Shown piece after piece: positions 60,573-64,000 of a stretch of 64,000 nucleotides of DNA. Location: the NCBI GenBank assembly GCA_963740315.1, contig CAVUDP010000004.1:416001-480000 (forward strand), in the 5' to 3' direction. The translations under genes were made by a program, and so were the position numbers. This DNA comes from an uncultured cyanobacterium (GTDB lineage: Bacteria; Cyanobacteriota; Cyanobacteriia; Cyanobacteriales; Nostocaceae). The notes below the pieces were generated by a model, which was given only the letters and a program-made list of their open reading frames with translations, was not told where the DNA came from and searched no databases. Position 1 is the stretch's first letter; each line of letters starts with the position of its first letter.

Positions 60573-61793
60573 CTATTTTTTTAGTATGTTTTTGTACATA
60601 TCTATGTATTGTTTTGTTTGAGCTTCTAAAGAGTATTCGGATAGAGCGATCGCCCGACAATTTTGACTCATACTATTACGTAAGTTTTTATCCTCCAGGA
60701 GTTGCACGATGCCGTTACAAAAATCATTGGTATCCTCTGGGCTAGCTAAATAGCCAGTAATTCCAGGGCGTACTAAATCGGGTACCCCTCCAACCTTGAA
60801 CGAAACCATTGGTGTGCCGCAAGCTATGCTCTCTTGTAGCACTAAGGGGAGATTATCGGCACGGGTAGGAAAAACAAACAAGTCAGCCGCAGAAAAAGCA
60901 ATAGACTTTAAGCGATCGCTGGTGACATAACCTAGATTTATACTTGTCATTCCTACGGTTTCCGAAATAGATTCACCGCCATAGCCGAAAGTTAACAGTA
61001 TAGTTTCTGCTTTGAGAGATTCAGGTAAGTTAGAAAGTGCTTTGATTAATAAATCTCCCCCCTTACGGGAGTCTTTTAAACTTTCAGCGGCAAACATCAA
61101 GACTTTTTTATTGGTTGGAATACCCAGTACAAGCCGACATTGCTCGGAGTTGAGAGGTTGATAAGCTTCTGTATCAATGCCGTAGGGGATATGATAAATC
61201 GGAAAGCGGTTGAGCATACTTTGTTTAGCTTGCTCAAACAGCCAATTACTAGGAGCAACAATATTCAAGTTAGAGCGGCTATAAACCCAGTTTTTCAGCT
61301 TCCACTCTAGACGAGTATTGTCTCTAGCTACAGCAGGATAAATATTTGGATAAGGACATTTACCGCAGCCAATTTTCCACCGATCGCAATCATAACTGTA
61401 GGCGCAGTGCCCTGTAAAACTCCACATATCATGCAGAGTCAAAACAGCTGGTTTATTTTCAGTTAATAATGATATTGCTAGGTAATTAAAATAACCCGTA
61501 TGTAGGTTGTGAAAATTTATAATATCTGCATTTTGATAATAAATATGTTTGGGAATGTTAAAACTACTGATGTGGTTGATGTAGTTAAAGCCAAAAGGAG
61601 AAATCAAACGATTGAGTTGTTTCTCAAGAAAATATTTGCGCGGAACAGAGTTGATACGAGGGCTAGATATTTTTGTTTTTCCTACTAATAAATATGAGTC
61701 AAAATTTCGAGCAAGTAAAGATTTATGCAGCCGATAGCTTGCAATTGCTGCTCCACCAGAAATATCAGATTGGTTGATATGTAATACGTTCAT
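60573..61793 (-). CDS. GT4 glycosyltransferase (WcaC-like; paralog of 28464)
   Basis: GGAA.A.YRLH, TLHDMWSFTGHC, DNLP...ES.ACGTP. Confidence 0.9.
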   Translation of the reverse strand: MNVLHINQSDISGGAAIASYRLHKSLLARNFDSYLLVGKTKISSPRINSVPRKYFLEKQLNRLISPFGFNYINHISSFNIPKHIYYQNADIINFHNLHTGYFNYLAISLLTENKPAVLTLHDMWSFTGHCAYSYDCDRWKIGCGKCPYPNIYPAVARDNTRLEWKLKNWVYSRSNLNIVAPSNWLFEQAKQSMLNRFPIYHIPYGIDTEAYQPLNSEQCRLVLGIPTNKKVLMFAAESLKDSRKGGDLLIKALSNLPESLKAETILLTFGYGGESISETVGMTSINLGYVTSDRLKSIAFSAADLFVFPTRADNLPLVLQESIACGTPMVSFKVGGVPDLVRPGITGYLASPEDTNDFCNGIVQLLEDKNLRNSMSQNCRAIALSEYSLEAQTKQYIDMYKNILKK

Positions 61794-61890
61794 TTTAGGC
61801 TTTTAGTAGCTGGCATAAATATGATATCTCCTGTAACTAAATCGGCGATATAAAAACCGGAATAGATGCCGGACAAACTAATATGCGCGT

Positions 61891-63105
61891 TTATTTAATT
61901 CTCTTGATTGCTGTTTCTAAATATTGCTCGTGTTCTAATCTACCCTCTACATAATTTTTAGAGAAAAATTGAGGAGTGATTTCTTTTCCAAAACCCACAA
62001 TACAGGGAACGTTAAACAGTAATTTCAACGATAAACAAGCGGAACTGACTGTCAATACTCTGACGTTATCTCGTACTGACATATCCGATAAGAGAAAAAT
62101 GCTAGCAAATAAAATCTCAAAAGGCAGAAAGAATAGATGGGGTTCAGATATAACTAATATATTTGCAAATAAATCTGCTAGTGTCGATTGCAACCTTTGG
62201 ATCTTAATCTTACCATCTCTAGGATGAGGTTTGATAACTAATATTGTATCTGGCTCTATCTTTTGTGAAATCAAAAATTGACGATAAGCATTAATTTCAT
62301 CTTCCTCCGACATCCTTTGAGCCTCAGAAAAATTGGAAGTTAGTAGAATTAAGATAGGGCGATCGTCAATTTTTTCTTTAAATTCCGATATATAATCTGT
62401 ATCTATTAATCCCTTAAACTTCGCAAAAGTTTCTATAAGTTGCGATTTATCTAAGGTGATATTTTTCATGGGAGGCACTTCTCCCAGAATGTCGGGCAAT
62501 ACAAAATAACCAATATCAAATTCTACATTTTCTAAAACTGTTTTTAGCTGTAGTTTCTCCTTAACGTTACCAATAGCGGTTTTAATTTGTTTCTTGATAT
62601 AACTAGCAAAATTTAGCTTCGGTAGAGTAGATGCTGCAAATAAACCGGGAGCATTTGAGGAGAAGTAAATACCAACACTATCTCCATAACAAATTTTTTC
62701 GGCTGATTTATAAGTATTTATCAGAAGTTGATTGCCAAACTGCCAATTTCGACATAGATAAACTTCATCAGCAAAGTCAGTTCCAACTAATTGATGCACT
62801 GTACCGTAAATTTTTCCCGGACTTGAAGTTGCTAAATTTTTAGATATAGCATCGATTATTTCAGGATTGACGTAATTGATAGCTTTCCAATTATGAACAA
62901 ATTGAGCCATCTTTTCGACAAAATTTGCAAATTGCTCGATTTGTCCTGGAGGAGTATAAAGGTCGTAAATAACAAGGTAGTCTTCATAATGCCGATTCAA
63001 ATTTTTCTGCTCTTTTTCCCGATAGTTAAGGATAGATAGAGCAGTTACTAGCTGAATACTACCTTGACAAGTGATAACTCGTTTTACGAGTTGGCGATCG
63101 TTCAT
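61891..63105 (-). CDS. polysialyltransferase-like (CMP-ulosonate-dependent) glycosyltransferase
   Basis: YGD and IKPHPRD (HP) motifs, P.E, SS; directly downstream of kdsC. Confidence 0.6.
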   Translation of the reverse strand: MNDRQLVKRVITCQGSIQLVTALSILNYREKEQKNLNRHYEDYLVIYDLYTPPGQIEQFANFVEKMAQFVHNWKAINYVNPEIIDAISKNLATSSPGKIYGTVHQLVGTDFADEVYLCRNWQFGNQLLINTYKSAEKICYGDSVGIYFSSNAPGLFAASTLPKLNFASYIKKQIKTAIGNVKEKLQLKTVLENVEFDIGYFVLPDILGEVPPMKNITLDKSQLIETFAKFKGLIDTDYISEFKEKIDDRPILILLTSNFSEAQRMSEEDEINAYRQFLISQKIEPDTILVIKPHPRDGKIKIQRLQSTLADLFANILVISEPHLFFLPFEILFASIFLLSDMSVRDNVRVLTVSSACLSLKLLFNVPCIVGFGKEITPQFFSKNYVEGRLEHEQYLETAIKRIK

Positions 63106-63123
63106 TTGTGATTAAGAGATGCC

Positions 63124-63636
63124 TTAATTAGAGGACGAAGCATTCAGCAAGAGATTGCAAATTTCTCGGACGCATCCCTGATCCCCTGCTAGTTTAGTGA
63201 CGTATGCAGCAGAAGCTTGATTTTCTGGCATTGCATCAGCTACTGACAAGGGACAACCCACAGTATGTAAAACTGGCAAATCAACTATGTCATCACCGAC
63301 ATATGCCACTTGGGAAACAGATAAACTCAGATGTTCGCAAAGTTTCTTAACGGTTGTTAACTTGTCTTCAATCCCAAGAAATGCGTGCTTGATACCCAGT
63401 TTTTTAGCTCTATGCAGCACGGTAGCAGATGTACTAGTAGTAATTATAGCTACCTCAATCCCAGCCTGCATAACAAGCTTGATTCCCTGTCCATCTTTAA
63501 CATTAAATTTTTTGAACTCTTCCCCACTTTCCGTGTAGTAAAGTCCGCCATCAGTTAGGACACCATCTACATCCAAAGCTAAAAGTTTTACCTGGGATAA
63601 ACGTTCTTGCAATTCAATTTCAGAAATATTGGTCAT
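63124..63636 (-). CDS. kdsC: 3-deoxy-D-manno-octulosonate 8-phosphate phosphatase
   Basis: DVDGVLTDG, FNVKDG.GI, YVGDD..DL, G..G.VRE. Confidence 0.92.
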   Translation of the reverse strand: MTNISEIELQERLSQVKLLALDVDGVLTDGGLYYTESGEEFKKFNVKDGQGIKLVMQAGIEVAIITTSTSATVLHRAKKLGIKHAFLGIEDKLTTVKKLCEHLSLSVSQVAYVGDDIVDLPVLHTVGCPLSVADAMPENQASAAYVTKLAGDQGCVREICNLLLNASSSN

Positions 63637-63693
63637 GGTAGGGATTTAGGGTAGCTATATATACTTAAACTTGTGCGGGCAATGCGGCGATAG

Positions 63694-64000
63694 TTAAAGA
63701 GAAACTAAATCGTTTTGTTGTAAAGCATCACGAACGCTGACAATTCCCTTGAGTACGCTTTCAAGTTGAGCTAAAGGTACCATATTTGGACCATCACTAG
63801 GAGCCATATCGGGATTTTCGTGGACTTCCATAAATAGCGCATCAATACCTACTGCTGCGGCTGCCCTTGCTAAATAAGGTACAAACTCTCGCTGTCCACC
63901 AGACTTATTTCCCTGTCCCCCCGGCATTTGGACACTGTGAGTAGCATCAAACACTACGGGATAGCCTAATTCTCGCATTTGAGGAAAAGAACGGAAATCA
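63694..64000 (-). CDS. kdsA: 3-deoxy-8-phosphooctulonate synthase, 5' part outside window
   Basis: [44 protein letters not shown]. Confidence 0.95.
   Translation of the reverse strand, partial: DFRSFPQMRELGYPVVFDATHSVQMPGGQGNKSGGQREFVPYLARAAAAVGIDALFMEVHENPDMAPSDGPNMVPLAQLESVLKGIVSVRDALQQNDLVSL

Noticed and set aside
60478..60660. 61-aa N-terminal extension of the GT2 ORF
   Set aside because: Overlaps the upstream GT4; the GT2 fold begins at MISVITPVYN (60477)
4926..63538. Many 60-105 aa ORFs antisense to or nested in long genes, and 36792-36974
   Set aside because: Shadow frames of well-supported CDSs or AT-rich spacer; no recognisable motifs

Overview
Chromosomal window from an AT-rich filamentous cyanobacterium, probably heterocyst-forming (Nostocales-like). 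This is inferred from frequent HIP1 GCGATCGC sites, heptamer STRR tracts, HepA/HepC-like genes and TCCGGA (DIF1-type) promoter motifs. The first ~18.5 kb mixes accessory and core genes. Accessory: YafQ-like toxin, DUF433/DUF5615 pair, PD-(D/E)XK-like protein, a direct-repeat-bounded insert with a secreted protein, and a 1017-aa CyRepA1-type plasmid replication protein. Core: TrmH methylase, PAP2 phosphatase, GT2-GT2-acetyltransferase trio, cobU, rnz, SpoIID/LytB. From 18.9 kb to the end lies a >45 kb polysaccharide super-locus around tRNA-Gln(TTG). It has two Wzc (one frameshifted), a HepA-like ABC exporter, a HepC-like transferase, Wzx, two Wzy-like proteins and about 14 glycosyltransferases. 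It also has two pyruvyl transferases, a nitroreductase, a methyltransferase, a 2OG-Fe oxygenase, a Tat-type GH30-like hydrolase, a UDP-uronate epimerase, glf, and kdsA/kdsC next to a sialyl/Kdo-transferase-like gene. Best leads: a possible lactyl-ether tailoring module, a Kdo-polysaccharide module, the chromosomal CyRepA1, a matrixin remnant paired with a TIMP-like protein, DIF1-type promoters, an unannotated flippase remnant and a candidate structured RNA. All family calls come from motif recognition by eye, with no database searches. No CRISPR array was found.
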